A stretch of DNA of 25,908 nucleotides from Chthonomonas calidirosea (lineage in GTDB: Bacteria; Armatimonadota; Fimbriimonadia; Fimbriimonadales; Fimbriimonadaceae), in contig CAMAPH010000040.1 in assembly GCA_945859975.1 (NCBI GenBank), positions 1-25,908 of the forward strand, written 5' to 3'. The stretch's first letter is position 1. Each line of letters begins with the position of its first letter. The notes beneath the pieces were generated by a model. That model was not told the origin of the DNA. It saw only the letters and a list, made by a program, of their open reading frames with translations, and did not search any database. This document shows positions 7,966 to 16,570 of this stretch, one piece after another. Both the position numbers and the translations under genes were made by a program.

Positions 7966-10440
7966 TTAAAGATTAGGTTCGATAACTGGCTCGACCTTTC
8001 CTTTTTGCGATCGAATGTAGGCGTAACCACCGCCGAGCATCGCCAGTCCGAGACCAGTGAGCATTAGCACTCGGATGATTGGGTCCTGGGCTTCCCAGAT
8101 CACTCGGAAAAGCACCCCGACCGTCGTTACGCCAAAGACCGCTATGCCTCCGAGGCGCAGGGTTCGATCGTCAGACCGGAATCCTATCGCGAGCAGAATC
8201 ACGGCGAAGCCTGCTCGCAATCCGACCGTCACCCACTCCGGGCTGAGGCTGACCGACCACGCCTTAGCGAGGCTCTCCAGCAGGAACCAAGTGATCGCGA
8301 TGCCGGCGTAGACGGAGAGGGACCCATCCGCGCCCTTAGACTTGCGCAGCCAGCTACCGGTGACGTAACTTGCCGCTGAGATCAGCACGATTTGAAGCCC
8401 AACCGAAGCGGGCGACCAAGTAACGCCGGTGGTAACGCTGAACATAAAGACACTTGCCGCTCCGAACAGCCAGCCCAGAATCGCGCCCCCTTGGAACTTA
8501 GTGAACGCCAGGGTGACCGATCCAATGAGGGAAACCGTCGCGAGCGAGTAGACGATGCTTACGCTCGTCGAGAGGTTAAGGCGGTTCGTAAACACAAGGG
8601 TCAACAGTTGTGTGACCGTCCCTGCAGCCGCAAGGCCGTACAGGTTCAAGATGATCTCTCGAGACTGCGCATGATCCTTCTCCGAGGCTCGCTGAAGGGT
8701 GACGAAGGCAAGAACCGGTGCCGCGACGAGTGTGCTAACTAGGATTGCGTACCGCAAGGTCGCGGGCACGGCCACGTCGCCAAGGCCGAGGTAAAGCACG
8801 CTGGCGAGGACCCAGATCATGACGCTGACCACAACGGCAACCGCCGACCGCTTTCCAAGCGCTACCCCGGCGAGGATCGCAAAGCAGGGCCAAGCGACGA
8901 GCAGGGCCGGAAGTGCGAGATTGAGTTCGCCGTACGGAAGCATCACCCAACGCGAAAGGATGATGAAAAGCAGACCGAGGGTGGCGAAGATCGTCGGCTC
9001 GGGGTTATCCGACTCATGAGCCGTGAACCAGCCAACCACCATCGTTGCGACGGCTAGGCTACCAAATGCCCAGGCTTGGATTTGCCAACTATCGGCATAC
9101 CGTCCCTGCAGCAACATCGCTCCGAAGGCGAGCAGCAGTTCGACGCTGGCAAACTTCAGCGCTAGGCGGCGGAAATGCCAGTGAGAAACGGCGGCCAAGG
9201 CGGCTGCCAGGCCAGCATAAACGAACACCGGCTGAATCGAGGTCAGGCTGCTTGGCGCGAAGCAGAGCGCGAGGATTCCCCCGCCGATGGCGAGCATGTC
9301 GGCACCCTTCTTCTCTCGGAAAATCCAAGCGATGGCAAGCGCAACGCCGGCCAGAACTAGTTCAACAAGTCCGTAAGACACGGTCGCTTTCGCGAAAACG
9401 AGAAAGATTCCGGTGAGAGTAAGCGCGATCGCCGGGAAGACGCCTCTCGGGTCGAACTCGGTTTTCTCGAATGTGAACAGATTGGCAAGGCACGCGATGA
9501 TGGTGTTAAGACCGATGAGGCCGATCCAGATGGGTGCGCGATCGGACTGGTAGTACGCGAGCGACAACGAAAAGGAGGTGATGAACCAGCCGAAGGTGAC
9601 AAAGCTGTTCCACTTCACCCGGACCGCCGCGAGCATAGACGGGATGACGATGGAGAAATGAAGCAAGGCGGCGGCCGTCGAGTTCTCGTTTTGCAACGGC
9701 ATGATGGAGGCTAACAGACCGCCGATAAAGCCAATGGCATGAAATGCTCGGGAGCCGATGATGAGGCTGTAGCCTAGGTTCACCAAGCTCCAGACAAAGA
9801 ACGCCGCGACCAGCACTTCACCTACAAACAGCTTGTGAAACACGTGTGCCCCGGCAAACGAAAGGTAGACGCCGCATGAGCCAAGGCCCATGAGCAACTG
9901 ACCAAAGTCCTCGCGCTCCTCGCGATGGCGATAGCCGAAGATCATGAACACGGCGCTACTGAGCAAAGCGAGCCCGAACTGAACCGCCGGCGTGAGCCAG
10001 CCGCGCTCGATGCCGATGGCAATGAAGAAACCAAGGGCCAAGATGAGGGTCAGCGCACCGGCCCAAGGGAGCACTTTCGCGCCGATGTTGTACTCGACGT
10101 CCTCTTTCGGCTTTGGTGGCGTGGCTTGGGTTGCTTGAAAGGCGCGGGGCGCGGCGATGACCGGAGGCGGGACGTTCCAGGCTGATGGTGCGGCGGCTTC
10201 TGCTGGCTCGCGGACGGTTTCCGTCTTTGGCATTGCCGGCTTCGGGGTCTCCTGCTCCGGTCGAAGGGCCGGAGGCGTGGGCGGAGGAGTCTCGCGAGCG
10301 GGAGCCACCGCCGTTCGGCCCGTCACGAGGCGCTCAAGCGAATCCATCCGCCGGGACACGGAGGCTAGCTGCCGCTCAATCTCATCAAAGCGCAATTCAG
10401 AACGCTCAGAACTGTTCACGCTTTGATTGTCGAGCTTCAT
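7966..10440 (-). CDS. DUF2339-like predicted multi-pass membrane protein
   Basis: N-terminal coiled coil, Pro/Ala-rich linker, 'VEYNIGAKVLPWAG' motif, many TM helices, C-terminal 'RVLMLTGLG...GYAY'. Possible alternative start at GTG 10419 (GACAAT 6 nt upstream). Confidence 0.85.
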   Translation of the reverse strand: MKLDNQSVNSSERSELRFDEIERQLASVSRRMDSLERLVTGRTAVAPARETPPPTPPALRPEQETPKPAMPKTETVREPAEAAAPSAWNVPPPVIAAPRAFQATQATPPKPKEDVEYNIGAKVLPWAGALTLILALGFFIAIGIERGWLTPAVQFGLALLSSAVFMIFGYRHREEREDFGQLLMGLGSCGVYLSFAGAHVFHKLFVGEVLVAAFFVWSLVNLGYSLIIGSRAFHAIGFIGGLLASIMPLQNENSTAAALLHFSIVIPSMLAAVRVKWNSFVTFGWFITSFSLSLAYYQSDRAPIWIGLIGLNTIIACLANLFTFEKTEFDPRGVFPAIALTLTGIFLVFAKATVSYGLVELVLAGVALAIAWIFREKKGADMLAIGGGILALCFAPSSLTSIQPVFVYAGLAAALAAVSHWHFRRLALKFASVELLLAFGAMLLQGRYADSWQIQAWAFGSLAVATMVVGWFTAHESDNPEPTIFATLGLLFIILSRWVMLPYGELNLALPALLVAWPCFAILAGVALGKRSAVAVVVSVMIWVLASVLYLGLGDVAVPATLRYAILVSTLVAAPVLAFVTLQRASEKDHAQSREIILNLYGLAAAGTVTQLLTLVFTNRLNLSTSVSIVYSLATVSLIGSVTLAFTKFQGGAILGWLFGAASVFMFSVTTGVTWSPASVGLQIVLISAASYVTGSWLRKSKGADGSLSVYAGIAITWFLLESLAKAWSVSLSPEWVTVGLRAGFAVILLAIGFRSDDRTLRLGGIAVFGVTTVGVLFRVIWEAQDPIIRVLMLTGLGLAMLGGGYAYIRSQKGKVEPVIEPNL

Positions 10441-10550
10441 GCCCCCGGGTTTGGGGATAGACGGAGAAAAGTCAGACCCGGTCTAGCGATCGTTGAATTC
10501 GAGACTGCGTTCTAGCGTTCCTCGTGCGTCACTTGCCTAAGCAGTTAGTC

Positions 10551-10579
10551 CTTGGGCACCAGAGGTTCCGGTACCCAAG
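10551..10579 (-). terminator. Hairpin downstream of the merR-AKR operon
   Basis: CTTGGGCACC...GGTACCCAAG 10-bp stem (one G-U pair in the minus-strand RNA), 10 nt past the AKR stop. Confidence 0.45.
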
Positions 10580-10589
10580 TAAGTGAGCC

Positions 10590-11588
10590 TTACCGGGCCG
10601 AGAACTCCATAAATGCGTCGGGGTAGCGGTTACCTACTGGGGTGAACTCGGCAAGGCTTTCAATATCCTCCGAGGACAGAACAATATCCGATGCCGCAGC
10701 ATTCTCTTCTAGATAAGCCACGCGCTTGGTTCCGGGGATGCTGACGATGCTCTCCGACTGCGACAGAACCCAAGCAAGGGCAACTTGGCCAGGCGTCACC
10801 CCAAGTCGAGTCGCAATTTCGCGAACTAGTTCAACGATGCCAAAGTTAATGGCAAAGTTCTCGCCGGTAAAGCGAGGATTCATTCGTCGCCAGTCGCCTT
10901 CTGGAATGTCGTCCGGCGTTGCAAAACTACCGGTTAAGAAGCCTCGGCCGAGAGGGGAGTAAGCCACAAAGGCAATGCCAAGTTCGTCACAGGCGGGCAC
11001 CTCAGCCGCGAGAAAGTCGCGAGTCCAGAGCGATAGCTCGTTTTGAACCGCCGCAATCGGATGCGCGGCATGCGCCTTTCTGATGGTGGATTCCACCGCT
11101 TCCGAAATGCCGATGTACCGGGTCTTCCCTTCCTTCACCAGCTCCGCCATACCGCCGATGGTTTCCTCAATCGGAATCGTGTTATCGATGCGGTGAACGT
11201 AGTAAAGGTCAACGTGATCGACCCCGAGTCGTTGTAGCGAGCCTTCTAGCGATTTGCGTGCGTACGCCGGCGTGCCGTCAACGATCCAAGGTGCGTTGGC
11301 TGCTACTTGGTCTTGGTGGGTCGTCATCCTTCGGTCGTGAACGTTGCCAAACTTGGTGGCCAAGAACACCTGATCTCGCTTGCCGACCAACGCCTTTGCC
11401 AGAAGTTCTTCGTTGGCAAATGGGCCATAGATATCAGCCGTGTCCCAATGGTTCACGCCGAGTTCCAGAGCGCGATGCAATGTTTTGAGGGACTCTGGCT
11501 CGTTTGGGGTGCCGTAGGCAAATGACATTCCCATGCAGCCAAGGCCAAGTTCGCCGACGAGATCACTACCGATTTTTCGTTGTTTCAT
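10590..11588 (-). CDS. Aldo/keto reductase (AKR13/YakC-like)
   Basis: 'LGLGCMGMS', 'DTADIYG', 'LATKFG', 'DLYYVHR', 'YSPLGRGFLTG', 'IPGTKR'. ATGA overlap with merR. Confidence 0.95.
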   Translation of the reverse strand: MKQRKIGSDLVGELGLGCMGMSFAYGTPNEPESLKTLHRALELGVNHWDTADIYGPFANEELLAKALVGKRDQVFLATKFGNVHDRRMTTHQDQVAANAPWIVDGTPAYARKSLEGSLQRLGVDHVDLYYVHRIDNTIPIEETIGGMAELVKEGKTRYIGISEAVESTIRKAHAAHPIAAVQNELSLWTRDFLAAEVPACDELGIAFVAYSPLGRGFLTGSFATPDDIPEGDWRRMNPRFTGENFAINFGIVELVREIATRLGVTPGQVALAWVLSQSESIVSIPGTKRVAYLEENAAASDIVLSSEDIESLAEFTPVGNRYPDAFMEFSAR

Positions 11589-12013
11589 TTCAATGTTCCT
11601 TCAAGGAGACTTGCGAGCTTCTTCGTGCAATCGTGTTCGTCCATTGGGCTGAGCCCGAGATCGTACATTTCAAGCTTTACGTCTACAATCTCGAGACAAC
11701 GCGCGAGCTCCGACATTTGCTGCCGAATTCGATCGCCGTGGCCTTGGAGAATGCTCCGTCGTTGGTCCGTGGTCGCGTCCCCTTGTCGAACAAGCTCGAC
11801 ATAGCGGCGGACGTCACGGATCGGCATGCCGGTCATGCGTAGCTTCAGAACAAAGCGGAGTCCGTTGAGATCAGCCGAAGAAAACCGGCGATGTCCGCCG
11901 ACGTTCCGGGAAACGCCATCCATCAATCCGGCTTTTTCGTAGTAGCGCAGCGTATCGGCCGAAACTCCGGTCATCTCCGCCGCTTCCTTTATCGAGAACC
12001 CTTCGCAAGTCAC
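11585..12013 (-). CDS. MerR family transcriptional regulator (AdhR/NmlR-like)
   Basis: 'FSIKEAAEMTGVSADTLRYYEKAGL...GGHRRF...LRMTGMPI'. Start at GTG 12013; the ORF track TTG at 12052 is the -35 box. Confidence 0.93.
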   Translation of the reverse strand: MTCEGFSIKEAAEMTGVSADTLRYYEKAGLMDGVSRNVGGHRRFSSADLNGLRFVLKLRMTGMPIRDVRRYVELVRQGDATTDQRRSILQGHGDRIRQQMSELARCLEIVDVKLEMYDLGLSPMDEHDCTKKLASLLEGTLK

Positions 12014-12020
12014 TATCCGT

Positions 12021-12052
12021 ACTGTACAAACTTGGAGTGCGCTCCAAGTCAA
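12021..12052 (-). promoter_or_regulatory. MerR-type promoter/operator: -35 TTGACT, 20-bp spacer with palindrome ACTTGGAG-N4-CTCCAAGT, -10 TACAGT
   Basis: Perfect 8-bp inverted repeat at 12030-12049 within an elongated spacer, the hallmark of MerR-activated promoters. GTG follows 7 nt after the -10. Confidence 0.9.
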
Positions 12053-12076
12053 GGTCCTAGCGAGTTTTTTCGGTCT

Positions 12077-12358
12077 TTAAAAGTGAACGATCCGAGCAAG
12101 CGGCGAATCGTCAATGCGCTGAAACGTTTCCATTGCAATCGTTTCGGTCGCAATGGCCTCTGCACATTCCAGGCGCAACTCAGTCAAGTTTCGCGGCCGG
12201 ATTGAAAAGCCCAAAAGGGTGAGAAACACAACTGCCGAAGACAACGCGAGCACCGCGTCGGCTCGGCCGGTCCAAAAATCCACCAGCGGAATTGTGAGAA
12301 TCAGTAGCATGGCAAGCTCAATTAGCCGAAGCCAAAGCGTGCCCTCCGTTGGTTTCAC
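12077..12358 (-). CDS. Small hypothetical membrane protein (2 TM)
   Basis: Two hydrophobic stretches; perfect TATAAT (12365-12370) 6 nt upstream of the GTG. Confidence 0.7.
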   Translation of the reverse strand: MKPTEGTLWLRLIELAMLLILTIPLVDFWTGRADAVLALSSAVVFLTLLGFSIRPRNLTELRLECAEAIATETIAMETFQRIDDSPLARIVHF

Positions 12359-12447
12359 GCTCCCATTATATGTAAATTTAAGATTTCATCCTGCAGAATT
12401 TTGGTACACAAGAAGCGCAAAATGGGACAAGAACCCATAACGTCCGC

Positions 12448-13632
12448 TTAAATTGGCGGAATCTCAGGCATGTGCAGTTGCCGATCGGAGAGCCACTCGA
12501 TGCCGTCGTCGGTCACAAGAACCATTTCTTCGATCCCAATGTAGCCTCGTCCGGGCGGGTTTACGCCGAGTTCCAGCGTGTAAACCTGTCCGGCTCGAAC
12601 CGGCTGAAACGGGGTGGTACCGTACCTTTCCCAAGCCGGTCCAAGGATCCCGCCTCCGTCGTGGGCGACCCGGCCGACTTGGTGCCCGACGGCGTGTTGA
12701 TACACGTCGTAACCGCTGGAACTGATCGAAGCTCTTGCCGCCGCGTCCACGTCTACTCCAAGCACTCCCGGGCGAAGGACACTCGCGGCGGCGGTAATGG
12801 CCGCATTGACCGCATTCAGGGCGTCGGTGACATCGGATGGAACGGTCTCTCCGACAAACCAGCAACGCTGAAGATCACTGGCGTAGTCGTCAACGATCAG
12901 GCCGAGGTCGATATGGAGCACCTGACCTTCGGCAAGCTTGATGTTCGGCGAGGGCACGCCGTGCCCGACCATTGACTCGGGTCCAAAGTTGACGATTGGA
13001 TTACCGCTCTTCGACCAGGCGTAGCCGAACTTGCGGTCCTCCATCCAGCCCTGAATCCGATCTGAAAGCTCGCGCTCCGAGCTACCAAGGCTCACCCAAG
13101 TTGGCACGTACCCAAAGATGGTTACCGTTTCGGCGATGGCGTTTCGCATTCGCGAAACTTCGGTCGAAGACTTCACGCCGCGCAGAGCTTGGACCAGCTT
13201 CTCGGCGGAAACAAGTGCTTGTTCAAAGCGCGTTCCGACTAGGTATGAGGCCAGAACTTGCTGCATTCCGTAGGTAATCCCGTCTGCTTTGTCGTCGCTC
13301 GTGGAGTAGTTGATGCCGATCTTGCCGCCGGCAGGAACGTGCGCTTCAAGGATATCGAGCAGCGGCTCGCGGATGCCCTGCACATACGGCACGACCAGAT
13401 CCCACTCGCCAGAAGCAATGAAGGCGTCCGCGTCGTAGTTACCAACCACGGCGATCTTGGTGGTTTTGGTAACGATCAGCGCGCTGATCCAAGTCAGACT
13501 CCCGTCCAAAATCAGCGGCAAAACGGGATCGGAGCCAGCCGAGGTTTCGCGAACAAAAGTCAGCCAAACATCAAAGTCGGCTTCATTCAACAATCCAGCA
13601 GCTTGGGCAAGTTTTTCAGCGGTTAACGACAT
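12448..13632 (-). CDS. M24 family (Xaa-Pro aminopeptidase-like) metallopeptidase
   Basis: Pita-bread metal ligands: HIDLG, YASDLQR, HAVGHQVG, TLELG, GIEEMV. Overlaps the nucleoside hydrolase 3' end by 17 bp. Confidence 0.92.
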   Translation of the reverse strand: MSLTAEKLAQAAGLLNEADFDVWLTFVRETSAGSDPVLPLILDGSLTWISALIVTKTTKIAVVGNYDADAFIASGEWDLVVPYVQGIREPLLDILEAHVPAGGKIGINYSTSDDKADGITYGMQQVLASYLVGTRFEQALVSAEKLVQALRGVKSSTEVSRMRNAIAETVTIFGYVPTWVSLGSSERELSDRIQGWMEDRKFGYAWSKSGNPIVNFGPESMVGHGVPSPNIKLAEGQVLHIDLGLIVDDYASDLQRCWFVGETVPSDVTDALNAVNAAITAAASVLRPGVLGVDVDAAARASISSSGYDVYQHAVGHQVGRVAHDGGGILGPAWERYGTTPFQPVRAGQVYTLELGVNPPGRGYIGIEEMVLVTDDGIEWLSDRQLHMPEIPPI

Positions 13633-14485
13633 CGAAGAACTCCTTAAAGAACCGATTGGAATCTACCAGTGTGGCGACTTGGTGCTGCCCCGCCAGGTTA
13701 GCCGTCCACTGCGTCAGGCCCATCACGTTCACATCTTGATCATTCGCCGGAACGTGGATTTCCCCGGTTTCATATGAGCACAAATCTCGATGGACCATCG
13801 CAACGCAAGCGAGGGGATCGTGGTAGGTCACCGTCGTCGGGTTCCCTTTCTCGAACCAAATCTGGGCCATGTCGCGAATCGGGCCAGACCAGCTTGCCTC
13901 GAACTCCTCTCGCGACTGTTGGCACTTCATCGTCACGTCGAGCCCGAACCAGGTTTGCCGTTGCGCGGAACGCGTAACCCGCATCGTTGCCGCCGGGTCG
14001 ACGCGGCAGTTCCACTCGCTGTAGGTTGGGTTCTGGAAGTAACCACCCATGGTGATCAGTTCCTTGACCATGCTCGGAATTTCAGGATGGAGTGCAAACA
14101 GCAGGGCAATGTTCGTTAGAGGTCCGATGCTGACCAAAGTCACTTCACCCGGCCGGGCGCGGATGGTCTCGCGCAGGAAAGCTATGGCCTCCGTCGGAAA
14201 AGAGTTTTCGTGGACTTGGTCTGCAATGGCGTCAAACTGCGGCACGTTCGGCTGGCCTGGACCGTATGCCAGCACTTCGCTTGCCCCGGCAAACACGGGC
14301 ACATCTGGCCGGCCGTAGTGGTTCAAGACGTACCGCGCGATGGCCGCTCGTTTCTGAGTGTCGCCGCTGACCGTCGTTACGCCGAGCAACTCAACGGCGG
14401 CACTTTTGGCGAGATAGGCCATCGCCAGTGCGTCGTCGATGTCGCTGCCTGGATCTGTGTCCAAAAGGACCAAGTGTTTGCCCAT
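13616..14485 (-). CDS. Nucleoside hydrolase (inosine-uridine preferring family)
   Basis: 'LLDTDPGSDIDDALA' Asp cluster, 'IGPLTNIA', 'MGG', 'EWN..DP', 'GLDVT', 'YHDP'. Start at ATG 14485; the ORF track extension to 14782 overlaps the divergent gene. Confidence 0.93.
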   Translation of the reverse strand: MGKHLVLLDTDPGSDIDDALAMAYLAKSAAVELLGVTTVSGDTQKRAAIARYVLNHYGRPDVPVFAGASEVLAYGPGQPNVPQFDAIADQVHENSFPTEAIAFLRETIRARPGEVTLVSIGPLTNIALLFALHPEIPSMVKELITMGGYFQNPTYSEWNCRVDPAATMRVTRSAQRQTWFGLDVTMKCQQSREEFEASWSGPIRDMAQIWFEKGNPTTVTYHDPLACVAMVHRDLCSYETGEIHVPANDQDVNVMGLTQWTANLAGQHQVATLVDSNRFFKEFFDVVNR

Positions 14486-14512
14486 TTGGCCGCAGTTTGG
14501 CACAATGGAGTC

Positions 14513-15082
14513 GTGCTCGAAACCCCGCTGATCGGTCGTTACCAAGGTGAAGACAAGAGGCTGGCGTTTCTGCCTCCTTGGCCCTACTTGCTTTTGGTCC
14601 GCGCGGTTACCGCAGCCGGAATTGTGTTCACGTTGAACTCCTTTCTTGGCTTTCTGCCGGGGTTCTGGTCGGGCTGGTGGTTCTTTGTTGGCATGATGCT
14701 GGTGCTCGCCGCGGTGATGGCCGGCTTGTCGCTCCACCGGGTGCTGTTCGACCTCCGGGAGCGGTCGTACAAACGCCGCCAAGGTCCCGGGTTCTTCCCA
14801 AGAAGCACGAGCGGATCGCTTTCAAATTTGGATGCGGTCCAGCTGATTGCCGAGCCAAGCGGGCGACGCGTCACGTATCACCTGCTGCTCCACTGGAAGC
14901 AAGGTATGGAGCCGTCCATGATCCTGCACCAAGAGACGCGTTCGATCGGCCCGGGACAGCCGCTCGGGCTTGCCGCGGATAACATTCGAAACATCGGCGT
15001 CCGTTGGGCAAAGTCTCTAGGCGTGACTTTCTACGACAACAGCCATTACGCCAGCCCGAATCCGACTGCCATCTGGCGCTAG
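14513..15082 (+). CDS. Hypothetical membrane protein (2 TM plus soluble C-terminal domain)
   Basis: Fills the gap between the nucleoside hydrolase and mgtE. GTG start lies 6 nt after TGG-CACAAT; two hydrophobic segments. Confidence 0.75.
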   Translation: MLETPLIGRYQGEDKRLAFLPPWPYLLLVRAVTAAGIVFTLNSFLGFLPGFWSGWWFFVGMMLVLAAVMAGLSLHRVLFDLRERSYKRRQGPGFFPRSTSGSLSNLDAVQLIAEPSGRRVTYHLLLHWKQGMEPSMILHQETRSIGPGQPLGLAADNIRNIGVRWAKSLGVTFYDNSHYASPNPTAIWR

Positions 15083-16509
15083 CCGGAAAGTTGAAGGCCG
15101 TAGAACCGCAGCACCAGGATCGCGATCTCGAAGTAGATGATCAATCCGGTGGCGTCGACAAAGGTGCTGATGAACGGCGCGCTCATGACGGCCGGATCTT
15201 GCTTGATCGCCTTTGCCCCGATTGGTAGCAGGCTCCCCACCGCCGCCGCCCAAACGATGATGACCGGTAGCGCGATGCCCACGATGATGCTGAGCGAAAT
15301 CGGCTGAGACCATCCGATCACCGGCAGGAAAGCGCGCAAAAAGCCGAGGACCCCGAGCGTGACACCGATCACAACCGCAACCACGAGCTCGCGTCGTACG
15401 ACCATGAACCAGTCCTTCGCGCTGACCTCACCAAGCGCTAGTGCACGGGTGATGGTGGTAGTGACTTGCGAGCCTGCATTTCCTCCGGCTCCAATCAGCA
15501 ACGGGACAAACAACATGAGCTGAGCGAGAATTCGCTGCCCCGCTTCCGCGGCTTCGAGCGTGTAGTGCCGCAAAACCGTGCCGGTGAAGAACTCGGCCAA
15601 GAACAGGAACATGAGCCAAGGCAACCGCCGCTTGACAAGTTGCGCCGTGCTGAGCGAGAAGTAGGATTCGGCATCACCAAAGACACCACCCATGGCAAGG
15701 ACGTCTTCGGTTTCCGCTTCTTCCAGGACTTCTTGGGCGTCGTCGGCGGTGACGATTCCGACCATGCGTCCACGCGAATCGAGGACCGGAACGGCCGAAA
15801 ATCCGTAGCGCGCAATGACACGGGCGACCTCTTCTTCCGGCATTTCGACCGGAACGGTGATCGGGTCCTCGTTCATCACCTCGCGGGCAATGGCGCTCGG
15901 TTGCGAGCGCAACACTCGCCGAAGGGTCAGAACGCCAAGCAAGTGCCGGTCTTCGGAGAGAACGTAAATGTAGTTGACCGTTTCGTATTCGCCGCTGGCT
16001 TCGCGGATGACGCTCAGTACATCTTCCATCGTCGCGGCTGGGCCGACTTCGACGAAGTCTTCGGTCATCAACTGACCGGCGGAATCGACCGGGTAGCTGA
16101 GCAATCGACGAATCTCGTCGGCATCCTCGCGCGGAATGACGTTTAGAAGCGCTTCAAACCGGTCGTGGTCGAGGTGCTCGCGAATGTCAATCGCGTCATC
16201 CATCGGGAGGATGTCGAGGTAGTTCGCAACCGTTGTGTCCGGAAGGAGATTGACGACACCACGCGCAATTTCGGTGGGCAATTCGATGAGGACGTATGAA
16301 GCGAGTTCGGGTTCGAGCGCCTCCAGAATGGCGACACGTGAAGACTCTTCCAAACGCTCGAGGATCTGGGCGATATCTTCGGCGTGAAGATCCTCTAGCT
16401 CTTCAATGAGCGTGGCTACGCCTTCCGTTTCCAGAAGGAATTCCACTCGCTCAATTAGCGCAACGACGTCGGTTCTCATAGCGGTCCTGATGTTTGGCCG
16501 CGAGATCAC
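15079..16509 (-). CDS. mgtE: Magnesium transporter MgtE
   Basis: Acidic MgtE_N domain, CBS pair ('SAGQLMT', 'YIYV', 'GIVTADD'), 'RLPWL', 'GGNAGSQ', 'DPAVMSAPFISTFVD'. Exact start uncertain. Confidence 0.96.
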   Translation of the reverse strand: MISRPNIRTAMRTDVVALIERVEFLLETEGVATLIEELEDLHAEDIAQILERLEESSRVAILEALEPELASYVLIELPTEIARGVVNLLPDTTVANYLDILPMDDAIDIREHLDHDRFEALLNVIPREDADEIRRLLSYPVDSAGQLMTEDFVEVGPAATMEDVLSVIREASGEYETVNYIYVLSEDRHLLGVLTLRRVLRSQPSAIAREVMNEDPITVPVEMPEEEVARVIARYGFSAVPVLDSRGRMVGIVTADDAQEVLEEAETEDVLAMGGVFGDAESYFSLSTAQLVKRRLPWLMFLFLAEFFTGTVLRHYTLEAAEAGQRILAQLMLFVPLLIGAGGNAGSQVTTTITRALALGEVSAKDWFMVVRRELVVAVVIGVTLGVLGFLRAFLPVIGWSQPISLSIIVGIALPVIIVWAAAVGSLLPIGAKAIKQDPAVMSAPFISTFVDATGLIIYFEIAILVLRFYGLQLSG

Positions 16510-16553
16510 GGCGGGGTTAGCGTTCGGGTAGTTCCATTGCGCTTGTTGGGTTC

Positions 16554-16563
16554 AGAGTACCCT
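16554..16563. promoter_or_regulatory. Candidate bidirectional -10 element (AGAGTACCCT) between mgtE and tilS
   Basis: TACCCT on + lies 7 nt before the tilS GTG. TACTCT on - shares the central TA. Confidence 0.5.
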
Positions 16564-16570
16564 TCACTTT

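Noticed and set aside
10441..10589. 149-bp intergenic region examined for a riboswitch, sRNA or MITE
   Set aside because: Only a terminator-like hairpin and short chance palindromes; nothing supportable.
14210..14782. Apparent long overlap of ORFs 13616..14782 (-) and 14210..15082 (+)
   Set aside because: Artefact of longest-ORF calling; family motifs and -10 elements place the starts at 14485 and 14513.
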